Positions 32,560 through 44,630 of a stretch of DNA of 64,000 nt are shown piece after piece. This DNA is from Heterodontus francisci (Eukaryota): positions 8,432,001 through 8,496,000 of the forward strand of contig NC_090389.1 of NCBI RefSeq assembly GCF_036365525.1, in the 5' to 3' direction. A program made the position numbers and the translations under genes. Each line of letters starts with the position of its first letter. Position 1 is the first letter of the stretch. The notes under the pieces are model-generated. The model was given only the letters and a program-made list of their open reading frames with translations. It was not told where the DNA came from and did no database searches.

Positions 32560-33250
32560 TCGTGTGGAATCCATCAAATGGTGAGAAGTGACATTGGACC
32601 CCCAAGCGATGAGTTCAACAAATTCGCGAATGAACTAGGGTTCACACCTGGAAAATTACACCCAGTTGGTCAAGATCTAGTGGAGACTTCGAGAGATTTA
32701 TGTGTACCTCGAAATAAGCAATACGTAGAGCAAGCTGACAGCAAGTCATGGAAGCAAGAACTATATCAATTTCTTCATAATTACAGAGAGACTCCTCACT
32801 CGACTACTGGCAATTGTCCTCTATTGTATTCTCCTCCAGCTACACTCATCTTTGCTCATCCTATGTGCACACATCTACCTGAGCTACCCCGTGGAGTTAA
32901 TAATGAACATGTACATGAATGCGATCGAGAATAGAAGGATTGAATGAAAGGAAATGCAGAGTGAAGCATGAAATTTAGAGCTACAGCGCTAAAGCCAAGA
33001 GATAAAGTACTTGTGAAACATGACAGTCATGTTAGAAAGCAAACAACCCCTTATGACATCCAACTATTTGTTGTGACCAACACAAAAGGATCAACGATCA
33101 CTGCTAAGCAGTTCACAAATCATCACATGAAATGCGTCATTCTTCAAAGCACTGAAAACACTGTGAGCAATGAATATGAAATCGACATCGACACCTCAGA
33201 TGAACAACATGAGTCAAATGAGACTACATCTGATGTCAGAATACAACATT
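32560..33250 (+). mobile_element. Gypsy LTR-retrotransposon integrase fragment
   Basis: VRSDIGPP.SDEF..FA.ELGF and WKQELYQFLHNYRETPHSTTG, followed by a GPY-like region (LKPRDKVLVK...TPYD). Confidence 0.8.
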
Positions 33251-33254
33251 CATT

Positions 33255-34550
33255 TTGGTGTCTTTGAATGAGACTGATGTTTCAAAAGTCCTGAGGTTTG
33301 TCACTGTTGTAAGGGAAAATTTTTGTATCCTCTGGTTTGCAGAGAATGGGGGAATCCAGAAGTTTGTTGAAAGTTTTGACCCCCATGACATTGACAGACG
33401 CTCCTGTATCTTTGACAGATCGACATCCAAGTAGCCAATGGTCACTGTCACGTGTGGTTGTTTTCTGTGTCTGAGAAAGAAAGCATAAAAGTGTGTTCAG
33501 GGTCACGCGCCTCCACATTGGCTACATTCTCTCGCCTTTTTGTTGTGGTACACATACGTGGTGCCCTTCTGTTGGTATTGGTCTTAGTAGTCGATTTTAC
33601 TAATGAGTGACAAACACGAGTAAAGTGGTTGGCTTTACACTGTTTACCAGTAGCAGGACACTCAGTCCGGTGTGGGTAAGCACCGCCACAGTGGAAACAT
33701 CCTTTGGATAAGGCGCAGCTCTGTTTGTGAGATGGCTGTTGTTGCTTTGCTGATGGTTCCCTGGCACATGAGCAAAGAACAGTGTTCACAGGAGTTGAAC
33801 TTGGAGTGTGGTAGTTATTGTTAGCAGCCTCAACTTCAGTAGCTCTGGCCTCTGATAGCAACCGTGATCTTGCTAATTCCAGCAGCTCTGACAGATTCCG
33901 GTCTTTCTCAAGTGCTTTTCACTGCAGAGACATCCTTTGATTATTTGTGTTTTGATTTCTCGTTCAACATCACCAAAGTCACAATGGGTTATTAGTTGCC
34001 TCAATCACGTGCAATATTGGTCAATTGTCTTGTTTGCTTCTTGCTTATTGCGTCAGAAGACAATAGTTTTATATATGGTATTTTTCTTGGGTGTAAAAGT
34101 AGATCGTCAGTGCATTTTTTGCTGAGTTGTAGTCATTTTACTCAGGCATAGGTATCTCAAAGGTCTCTTCTAATTCCTCACCTCCATAATGTAAAAGTAA
34201 GGCTTTTTCCCTTGTGTCATCTGTGATTGTGAAACCTGCCATTGCGCCTTCAGTCTCCAACTTAAAATACTGTCTTCAGGAAAGCAGACAAAAATCTTCC
34301 AAAATTTTCATACCTGAAAGCAATATTTCCTGTTTTTCAATATCCTTTGCTATTTATCTCATCACCATTGTGATGTCTTCAGGGCTGGAGTGAGGTTTAG
34401 CTGTGTTTAATGAGAAATATGAGACAAAGACTGAGACAGAAGCAGCACGCTATTGAACATAATGGAGTCTTCTTTATTTTGTTTTTACTTTCACTTTCTC
34501 TTGCAGCCTCTGCTGACTCATGTGTGCATGGTAGCCTCAAGTGAACAAAA
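33255..34550 (-). mobile_element. Gypsy gag-protease fragment with PBS and 5' LTR remnant
   Basis: Gag REKALLLHYGG, zinc knuckle CFHCGGAYPH...C, protease DTGASVNVM. PBS-like tggtgatgag (34358-34367) lies next to an LTR end ...catcaca (34369). Confidence 0.75.
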
Positions 34551-34554
34551 TGTA

Positions 34555-37040
34555 CAATGCAATTCTCATCTGCAAATTTAGAATTTTTTTAAATTCCAAA
34601 GTCCAAATCATTAATGTAACTTGTGAACAGCAGTGGTCCCAGCACTGATCCTCATGCAGCACCACAACCCACCTAATACCGCCACTCTGAATACCTACCA
34701 TTTACTCCCACTCTCTGCTTTCTGTCTAGAAGTCAGCGAGCAATCTGTTCTGCCACTTGTCCTCTCACTCTGCGTTCTCTGACCTTATTTATTAGTCCAT
34801 TATGGACCTTACTGAAGGCCTTTTCAAAATCCAGATAAATTATATCGACTGCATTACCATTGTCTATTCTCTCTGTTTCCTCCTCAAAAAATTCAATAAG
34901 GTTAGTCAAGCAAGATTTTCTCTTTTGAAATCCATGCTGACTATTCAATATTGTATTTTTCTTTTCTAGATATACTTCTAGTCTCTCCTTTAGTAAGGAT
35001 TCCATTATTTTTCTGACCACCGATGTCAAGCTGACTGGTCTATAATTCCCTATGTGTGTTCTGTCCCACTTCTTAAATCTCGGAATTAGGTTAGCTATCC
35101 ACCAGTCCTCTGGCACTAAACCTTTTCTAATGAAATATTAAATATGTGTAGTAATGTCTCTGCTATCTCTTCCATAGATTCTTTTAAAACGTGTGGGAGC
35201 AATCCATCCGGACCAGGGGCTTTATCCTATTTGAGTTTGATCATTCAATACATCACCTTCTTTTATTTTAAAAGCATTTATCTCATTACTCATCTCATCA
35301 TTCAATGTCATGTCTATCTGTTCTTTCTCCCTAGTAATTATTATTTAAAATGTCTGCCATCTCTCTATTGTTACGTGTGGTATTACCCTGATATCCAAAA
35401 ATGGTCCTATTTCCACCCCAGCCTTTCTTTTTTATATTGATGTGCCTGTTTTATGTTCCTGGATAATTTAATTACACCTTCTTCTTTGCCCTCCAAATCA
35501 CTTCATAACTCTCTTATCATGCCCTGCTCTGCTGTCTATGTGCTTAATGTATGCCTCTTTCCTAACCCTCAGTTGTTCCCTTATTTTTATTTAGAGATAC
35601 AGCACTGAAACAGGCCCTTCGGCCCACCGAGTCTGTGCCGACCAACAGCTCCCCATTTACACTAACCCTGCAGTAATCCCATATTCCCTACCACCTACCT
35701 ACCTATACTAGGGGCAATTTACAATGGTCAATTTACCTATCAACCTGCAAGTCTCTGGCTGTAGGAGGAAACCGGAGCACCCGGCGAAAACCCACGCGGT
35801 CACAGGGAGAACTTGCAAACTCCGCACAGGCAGTACCCAGAATTAAACCCGGGTCTCTGGAGCTGTGAGGCTGCGGTGCTAACCACTGCGCCACTGTGCC
35901 ATCTCACTAGTGCTTAGTTGTTCTTTCCTTTCTGTGGAATACACTTTCCCTGCACTCTGTTGAATACCATTTTAAATGTTTCCCATTGTTGTTCCAGCTG
36001 TTAGCCAATATTGTTGCCCATTTTATTCCCAAGTTCTATTCTTAACCCCTCAAAATCAGCTTTTCTCCAATCTGTTAACCCTTTTTATGTCCTTCTCTAT
36101 GATCATCTTAATGTGTATTATATTATGGCCACTACTTCCTACATGTTCCCTTACTTTTACTTCTCTTGTTTACTCTGGTTCATTTCCTATTTTACTAGAT
36201 CTAATAGTGAATCTTTCCTTATTGGGCTTTTTACATGTTGGGTTAGAATGGAGTCCTGTACACATTGTAGGAACTCCATTCCCTTTACCTACCTCTTCTG
36301 TCCCATTAAGATCAGGGTAATTGAAATCCCCCATTGATCATTATTCCATATTTTTTATTCAATTCCCTAATTTGTCTGCATATTTCTTCTTCCACCTCCC
36401 TTCCACTAGGTGGTCTGTAGACAACACCTATTAGTGTGATTGATCCTTTATTATCTTTTATCCTTATCAATATTAATGCCATTTTTATCTCGCTGATAGC
36501 TGCATCCCTTTTTTCTACTACCATTATGTTCTCTCTAATAAGTACAGCTACTCCATCTCCCTTTTTCCCCTCTCTTTTCTAAATATATAATATCCTGCAA
36601 TATTTAATTCCTCGTCCAGATTTTTCTGTAGCCATGTCTCAGTAATCCATACTTTGTCTGGTTCCTCCCAATATATAATTGCCTCCAGCTCCCCTGTTCT
36701 ATTATGGACACTGTGTGCATTGCTGTGCTGACATTTTAACACTTTTTTTTTAATAGGATTTCCTCTCACTTTATGTTTAACAACCTTTTCAGACTCCTGT
36801 TCTATAACTGTATTTATTCCCTTGCTATGTCTTACTTTATTCTTTCCTATGTTGTCCTTCCCTGTTTTGTTTACATTTAGGCTGCTTACGTTTCTTGTAG
36901 ATCCCTCCCCCCATCTGACTAATTTAAAGCCTTTGCCAGCTCCCTATTTAATCTTTCCGCTGGGACATGGGTCACATCCTAGTTCAGGTGGAGCCCATCC
37001 CATCGGTATAACTCCTATTGTGGCACGTCTGTCAGTACCT
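34555..37040 (-). mobile_element. Older CR1 LINE (EN-RT), decayed
   Basis: ITETW, GVVYRPP, PEDW.IAN...NYRPVSLTS, YLDFEKAF. Confidence 0.85.
35581..35900 (-). mobile_element. HE1-type V-SINE, near full length
   Basis: tRNA head ggcacagtggcgcagtggttagc, V domain gcggagtttgcaagttctccctgtgaccgcgtgggttttcgccgggtgctccggtttcctcc, and CR1-like tail gggccgaagggcctgtttcagtgctgtat. Confidence 0.9.
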
Positions 37041-38379
37041 GGCTAAGTTGCTGATGCACGTCTAGCATTCTCCTTCTCAATAATAGCCCGAGGTTCAGCA
37101 TCTGTGTCCAGCTGAGTAGAGCTCAGAGAGGACCCATGCTCACTTCTGAGGTGTGAATCACCAGATGAAAATCCAACAAACTCTCTGAAGTGTACCCAAC
37201 AAAGTGTGAGTATCTGTGTTGGTATATGGTTACAGATCCCCTGACTGTGCACTCCCAGATGGAATGAGATCCTCTGAGAAATCGTCTTCATGAATATCCC
37301 GTGATACTTTACGCAGGAAGGTTCCAGTTGACTAAGGAAAGGGATTTGAATTAATCATGGAAAATTGCAATCTTGACAACACCATAATCAGTCATCACTC
37401 ACTGATTGATGAAATGAAGTCAGCAAGTGTGTCAGAGATATCTGTAATTCTGTAACCAGCTATCTGCGAGTTTCCAAGTCTCTCCATATCCAATTAATAA
37501 GGATGCAGATGTGCAATTTATCTCCATGGCGGCATCCTCCTCTGCATCAGTGAGCTGGACTATTTGTGGCAGCCCACCTCCAGTCCTCTCCATCTCCCTT
37601 GCGTTTTGTGTTCTCTTCTATAATGTACAAAAAAGCAGACCTGTGAGTGCGTGAAGGTCAGGTATCCACCCAGTGGATACTGTAAAGTCAGTGAGGAGAC
37701 TATGAGACAGATGCATCACACTGCATAAGGATTGAGGTGAGTATTAATAGTGGATGGATAAACAGGGAAGTGATGAAGTACATATGAAGTGAAGGCTGGG
37801 TGCTGCTGAAAGTTGAGTTGGTGTGCATGCTTAGCAGAGTGAAGGGAAGGAGGGCTTAGAGCACAAGTTGTAAGCGCATCAGAAAATATACTCATTTTGC
37901 CTGACCTGGTTAGGTCATTAAACCACTTCAAACATTGCATTGATAACTGGGGCACGATGCTCCTGCTGCTCACCTTCTCAGCTACCTCCAGCCACCCCTT
38001 CTTGGTGAAAGTCACAGGGGAAAGGTATGTCCCTCCTTTGCTTGGCTGCACCCAGCATTAATTCCAGTGATGCATTATGAAATCTGGGTGCTGCTCTTGC
38101 TGTCTGTGCACTATCCATTATAAGCTCCTCCAATTTCCATTTCTACATTGTTCTGTACAGCTGAGATTATGTCATGTGGGTGTGCATCATGTCTGCTGCA
38201 CAGCTTGGAGACGTGAAACCCGGAAATCAAAATTTGCTTCAATTTAGCTGCAATCGCAGATTCCGACCTGCTGACTTAACTTCTGTGTTTCATCGACGCT
38301 ATCTTCTATCACCACCCCATGCTCCCCTCCTCCTCACCCCCTTGCTGGGAAACCAGCTTTACATTAATATCAGGACCTG

Positions 38380-38680
38380 TGAGTTGAAATGCCACCACGA
38401 AAAGCTGTGGAATTAAGTTCAATAAAGTTGCTAATGTTTTGCACTGGCACCATGAAAATGATCATAAAAGCTGTCAGACTGTCATTAAAAGCCAAAGGAC
38501 ATGCCAATGACCTTCAGGGAAGGGAACCTGGCACTAGGATCCTAACCTGCATGATATAGTTTATTCTTAATGCCCTCTGATGTAGCCCAGCAAGTTCGTT
38601 AAAAAACAATCAGTTCAAAGAGATGGTCCACCACACCTTCTTGGGGCTTGTCAGTGTTGCCCAAACCCTAAGAACACAAA
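38380..38680 (+). mobile_element. Old degenerate copy of the LINE-B partner SINE
   Basis: ccttcagggaagggaacctg...cttaatgccctctga...gcccagcaag. Confidence 0.5.
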
Positions 38681-39526
38681 ATGATGTACGCTTTATCAAT
38701 AGGTACCAGCTAAAGGTGTTGTCAGCCTGGGTCTGTCCTCATTTTGGTAATGCGAACATTTAGCTCCTCAGTCCAATGGCAACTGCTTTCAGGCCCAACG
38801 GTCCTTGCCCTTTTACAACACCCCAACCCCACCACCCATCCTGGCCAACAACAGATTTTGCTGCCGTTTTTTGAAGATTTCAAGAGCTGCCTTAATTTGA
38901 TCACCAAATCATGCTTGAAGGGAACTCCATCAGCTGAGTTTGGTGCTCAGGAAATGCAAAAAGTGTTTGAGTCCTGTTGGGATTTGTAGGTGACAGTGAT
39001 AGAGAGACGGCAATTCAGAGTTTGCACTATAGGAACAGGGAGGGAATTAGAGCCTGGGTCAGGACAGAGGATGGGGTTTGAGCTGGGCTGCAGAGGGTGG
39101 GAGACAGAATTAAAGCCCAATTCACACACGGATCATTTCAACAGATGTCTATTTTTAAATGTCAGTTAATTATAGAGTGACTTAATGCCAAGCTGTGAAC
39201 AGCACTCTTGGCATTAAGATTGGTCTGACAGTGTGAACTCCAAGTCACAGATTTAACTCAATGAGAAAGGTTTACTGCTAATGGACTAAAAATGCCAATT
39301 ATTGAGACTAACTCAGTCTGCCATTTTCTAACATTTTGGATCCTTTATGCAGGCACCTGTTTGTGTCATAGTTGTACCCCATATATTATTGCTGATATTT
39401 TTCAGGCAATGCATAGCCTGTTGATATGTGTATCAGAAAAAAATCAAGATAGAAAGCAAATACGGAGGCTTTGCTAATGCCACTTGGCGAAGTCATTTGC
39501 AAGCACAGCGTTAGTTTTCACATGTA

Positions 39527-40503
39527 CACTGACATCCCTCAGCTCTACCTCATCCCACCTCTCTCAACTCCTCCACTGCTGCTAAATTATCAGACTGCTT
39601 ATCCAACATCTAGTACTGGATGAGCAGATATTTCCTCCAATTAAATATTGGAAAGACTGAAGCCATTGTTTTTAGTCCCAGTTCCAAATTCCATTCCCGC
39701 TCCAAACTCCGTTCCCTAGCTACCGACTCTAACCCTCTCCCCGGCAACAGTCTGAGATTAAGCCAGTCTGTTCACAATCTAGGTGTCACATTTGACCCAA
39801 GGATGAGCATCCGACTGCGTATTCAGTTATCACTAAGACCGCCTATTTCTACCTCCGTAACATCTCCTGACTTTGCCCCATCTCAGCTCATCTACAGCTA
39901 AAACCCTCATTCATGCCTTTGTTACCTCTAGACTTGATTATTCCAATGCATTCTGGGCTGGTCTCTCACATTCTACCTTCCGTAAACCCGAGGCCATCCA
40001 AAACTCTGCTGCCTCTGTCTTAACTCACACCAAGTCCCATTCGCCTATCACCCCTGTGCTCGCTGACTTATATTAGCTCCCAGCAAGGAACATCTTGATT
40101 TAAAAATTTTCATCCTTGTTTTCAAATCCCTCCATGGCTTCAGCCCTTCCCGATCTCTGTAATCTCCTCCAGCCCTACAACCCTCCGAGATATCTGTGCA
40201 CCTCTAATTCTGGCTTCTTGAGCATCCTCGATTTTAATCACTCTACCATTGGTGGCTGCGCCTTAATCTGCCAGGGCCCTAAACTCTGGAACTCCCTCCC
40301 TACACATCTGCGCCTCTCTACCCCACTTTCCTCCTTTAAGACATACCTTAAAACCTAGCTCTTTGACCAAGCTTGTGGTCATTTGACCTAATATCTCCTT
40401 ATGTGGCTCGGTGTCATACTTTGTTTTATAATACTCCTGTGAAGTGCCTTGGGATGTTTTATTATGTTAAAGGCATTATAGAAATATAAGTTGTTTTTGT
40501 TGT
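39527..40503 (+). mobile_element. L2-clade LINE 3' region
   Basis: LQLNIGKTEAIVF, NLGVTFD, LIHAFVTSRLDYSN, SPITPVLADL, GPKLWNSLP. Confidence 0.88.
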
Positions 40504-40786
40504 AATGCATTATTCAGCTATGACTGTGAGTGATTAGCTGGTCTGTGCCACTAGTGCACTAGCATTGTAAGTCCTATGATGTGCACGGCTTAAAGAAGTC
40601 ATTCTCACTCATAAAGGCAGCAAAAATTTAAATGACATCAACTTGCCGCTGCCTTAGTTACTTAAATTAATTGAAAATTAGCTGAAATCAAAGTGTTTTG
40701 ATTTGTTGGTTTGGAAAATAGACGACTGGATGTATAATAGAGAGCTAGATTTATGTAACATTTCTATCACATTTCCCAGATATAAA

Positions 40787-41400
40787 AACATACGAATTTG
40801 AAGCAGGAGTAGGCCACTCGGCCCCTCGAGTCTGTTCCGCTATTCAATAATGGCTAACCTGATTGTAACCTCAACTCCACATTCCCGCCTACCAACAATA
40901 ACCTTTCACCCCCTTGCTTATCAAGAATCTATCTACCTCTGCCTTAAAAATATTCAAAGACTCTGCTTCCACTGCCTTTTGAGGAAGAGAGTTCAAAGAC
41001 TCGACCCTCTGAGAGAAAACATTTCTCCTCATCTCTGTCTTAAATGGGTGACCCCTTATTTTTAAACAGTGACCCCTAGTTCTAGATTCTCTCTTAAGAG
41101 GAAACATCCTTTCCACATCCACCCTGTCAAGACCCCTCAGGATCTTATATGTTTCAATCAAGTCGCCTCTTACTTTTCTAAACTCCAGCGGTTACAAGCC
41201 TAGCCTGTCCAATATTTCCTCATAAAACAGCCCGCCCATTCCAGGTATTAGTCCAGTGAACCTTCTCTGAACTGCTTCCAACACATTTATATGCTTCCTT
41301 AAACAAGGAGACCAATACTGTACAGCCATGATCTTGTTGAATGGTGGAGTAGGCTCGAGGGGCCGAGTGGCCTACTCTTGCTCCTAATTCATATGTTTGT
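40787..41400 (-). mobile_element. CR1 3' end, with a short opposite-strand CR1 tail at its 5' junction (41325-41400)
   Basis: MIETYKILRGLDRVD...FKAEVDRFL. Tails point outward at both ends. Confidence 0.85.
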
Positions 41401-41839
41401 ATGTAAACTTGCACTCCCAGCAAGATGCATGTCCATCAGGGCGGTGTTCCGGGATATTCACTCCATACGATTTTCTGTCCATCAGAAAAAAATGGATGGA
41501 CCGAAAACTGTAAGGACAATTAGAGACCTTCTGCATTCCCAGTGGCATTGTGTAGAATAAATGTGAGCAACTGTACCAGAAGATCAATCGTAGCTCTTAT
41601 GAGAAGTGCTTGCACAAGGCAGTTCCAGAAAGCAAATGGCTGGAACCTCTGGCAAACCTGTAAGGCGGACGAAGCCTAGGACACAATTCCCTCCAGTTTG
41701 TTCAGTGTGCACAGAATAGAAGCACGTGCTCACTGCAGTATACTGGTGTCAGCAGTTGAAAAGGAATTGGGGCACAGAGTCTCTCTCATTCCAGACGTGT
41801 ATAGGATGATTTGAGGCATTCAGCTTCGACACTTTAGGT

Positions 41840-42180
41840 CGGGTTGACAACTCTGACTAGATGTAATCTTGGAGGTTTCATCACATGACCTCCTCCCTCC
41901 AACTGCTCCACCCCCACATTTCTGCCATGTCCATTCCTACATGTCCATTCTCATGGCATAATGCCTTCCCACTGTCAATTGGAAACCAATTGAATGATTG
42001 TTGACTGTCAGTCAAACAGACTTTTCTTTCTCAACTCCAATGTTTTTATAACTAATAAATAAAAGTGTTGAAAGAAAATTTGTTTATAATGCCCCTGTGA
42101 TTTTTGCTGCTAGGTTGCTCCCAATAGTGTCATGTAGATTAATCTTCAATTCCAAGTGACTCCAGAACAATGGCAACCCA
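41840..42180. mobile_element. Possible hAT-type MITE
   Basis: Imperfect TIRs gggttgacaa / tggcaaccc. Confidence 0.35.
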
Positions 42181-43067
42181 ACTGAAGGTGTTGCTGAAGA
42201 TTTGCTGCTATTTGCTAGGATCCTGGGGGGGGAGGGGGCGAATGGGAAAGTATTTTGTGATTAAAGCCTGATTCAGCGCAACATGGGGACTAAATTACAG
42301 GGCAGCATCTCTCATTTACAGTACACTGTCAGCACAGTCCTTCCACAGATCCCCTTTAATAATACCAGCTCTGTCAATCTAAGTTCACATCAATAAAAAC
42401 ACCACACAGGAAAATGATACTAGAAATAAACTATCTCAAGGAATAAGCTTAAAAAGTTATCTGTTTTAACCGTTTCTGATAGGAACAACAGCACATAGTC
42501 AAAGGGCAACTTCTCACACTCCTACTGTCCAATGACCTCTTATCCTGCCCATGTCCATTCTGTTTGTAGCTGTTTGCTGCACTTTATTGATTACCTATGG
42601 CTACCAAGCTAAATAATTTAATGTAACATGGCTTGACATTTCACAAAACACTATTTAATTATGGTGTGTGTGTGTATGTGTGTGTGCGGTTCTGCAAAAA
42701 AATAGATCCAAATCTAGTACATTTTTATCAAATTCTGCAAGTATTGATTTTTAACAGTGAGCCCAGGGATCAATGACAAATTCCAGAGTACTCAAGGAAC
42801 AAAATGGAAGGCTGGCATTTAAAGAGAAAAAAAATCAAACGTCACTTCAACTACAGGCTACACTATCACCATTTTCATACAGCATAATGGAACAGATGCA
42901 TACCGATTTCACACATGACATGTGGCAAGCAGAGTGAAGTGCTCCAAGTACTTTAAGAGGCTGAAAAATACGTTACAACAGTCAGGATTGCAGGAATATT
43001 GGGACAGAGCAGGCTACTCAGCCCCTCAAGAGTGTTCTGCCATTCAATTAGATCATGGGTGACCTAT

Positions 43068-43678
43068 AGGCAGGATTTTATCCTGCCCTTGGAGATGAGA
43101 ACGGAAGTGGGGGGGGGGAGGGCAAAATAAAAAATAGCAAGAGGTGCCGTTCTCAATGTTGTCCAATTAATGGACAGTTAAGGGCCTCTTCCTGCCTCCA
43201 CTCCAATTTTGTAGAGGATGAAGGGGCCCCGTTTGAGACAATCCATCGCCCCGGAGGGGCCCCTGGCAGCAATGGGCATTCCTCCACCCCCCCCCCCCCA
43301 CCACAGAGACCCCCTCCCACTGTCACCAACCCTCCAAGCCCCCAAGCCCATCACTGGGGCCTGCGTGACTGGCCGCAGCAATCCGGCCCCATTCATCTGT
43401 CTCTGACATCTTCACCTCTGCTGACCTCCTGCACTACTGGCAGTGGCCACCGCTCCTGGTGACACTGTCGATACTGTTGAGCTGCCGGCCCTCCAATTGG
43501 CAGTCAGCTCTGGAGGTGGGAGCTCGGCCCTTAAAAGGACGGTGGCCCCGATGGGGATAGTTAATTGGCTGCCCGCTTATTAAATTTCAACTGAGGTGCA
43601 ATGGAGGGCTCAGGCAGGTTCTTCCCCTGCCACCTGGCCCTCCTCTGGGACCCCCATCGCTGGCATAAAATATGGCCC
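43068..43678. mobile_element. Harbinger-type MITE inserted in a CR1 tail
   Basis: TIRs aggcaggatttta / taaaatatggccc with GC-rich interior. The flanks rejoin as a CR1 3' UTR. Confidence 0.65.
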
Positions 43679-44630
43679 TCTATCTTACCTCCATCTCCCC
43701 ATTTTGGTTCTGGGCCCTTAATACTCTTGTCTAATGAAAATCTGTGTCAGTGGGATTAGTTTTGGATTGCTCTAGCAAAGATCCAGTGCAGACATGATGG
43801 GCTGAACGAACACACAAGAGTACAAGAAATAGGAGCAGGAGTAGGCCTGTTTCATTGATTAACTAGATCATGGTTGATCTTCTACCTTAACTCCACTTTC
43901 CCACCCTAATCTGATATCCCTCGATTCCTTCAGTGTTTAAAAATGGCCTCTGCCATGCTGTAAATTTCTATAATTGGTTCTGTGTGACAGTATTTCAAAT
44001 GTCTTTAAGTTAAAATCCCTCCCTGGCCTCACCAGCCCCCCATTTCTGTAATCTTCTCCTGTTCTAACAACCCAATGCTCTCAATTCTTCATCCCTCTGA
44101 CTCTAACCTCTTGTGCATCAGCATTCTTTTCAAGGTAGGCAGCGCAAGAGTCCATTGAATTAGATAATTCTGAGATTCCATACGCTGAGTGAGGAAGCAT
44201 GTCCCCTAAGAAGGTAGCACTCTGAAAACATAGGGGCACAAAAATGTAGCCACAATGCTCTGCCACTCCCTGAAAGTCCAACTCCTCACTACAAATAGTC
44301 TAAATGTAGCCTCACTGGTGATGGAGATCTGTTCCAATATATGACTGGCTTGTTGATAATAGATTTGCAACTAGATAGCACACAAAAAGGCCATTTGGTC
44401 TATTGTACCATTGCCAATGCTCACTCTTCAATTGGAATTGTCTACTTTAATCCCACTTATTTGCAATTTCCTCTCATATCCCTTTGTATTCTTCCACTTT
44501 AAATATTTATTTAACTTCCATCTAAATTATGTTATAGTCTCAACCTCAAAAGCCTCTTGTCGTCAAGCATTCTCTGTTTTGATAACCTTCTGTGAAAAAG
44601 AATTCTTTTCACTTCTCCCTATGTCCTTTC

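Larger units (their letters stand above)
30885..38120 (-). mobile_element. Second Harbinger Myb/SANT gene remnant, split by about 5.6 kb of nested insertions (31380-37040)
   Basis: Exon 1 KGWLEVAEKVSSRSIV...QCLKWFNDLTRSGK (about 37895-38050). Exon 2 KRTQNAREMERTGGGLPQIVQLT (about 37520-37620). Further pieces at 37040-37290 and 30885-31380. Confidence 0.65.

Noticed and set aside
41413-41509. Exon-like segment readable on either strand (FRSIHFFLMDRKSYG... on minus)
   Set aside because: The minus-strand donor is a weak GC site, the plus strand is open in all three frames, and no homology was recognised.
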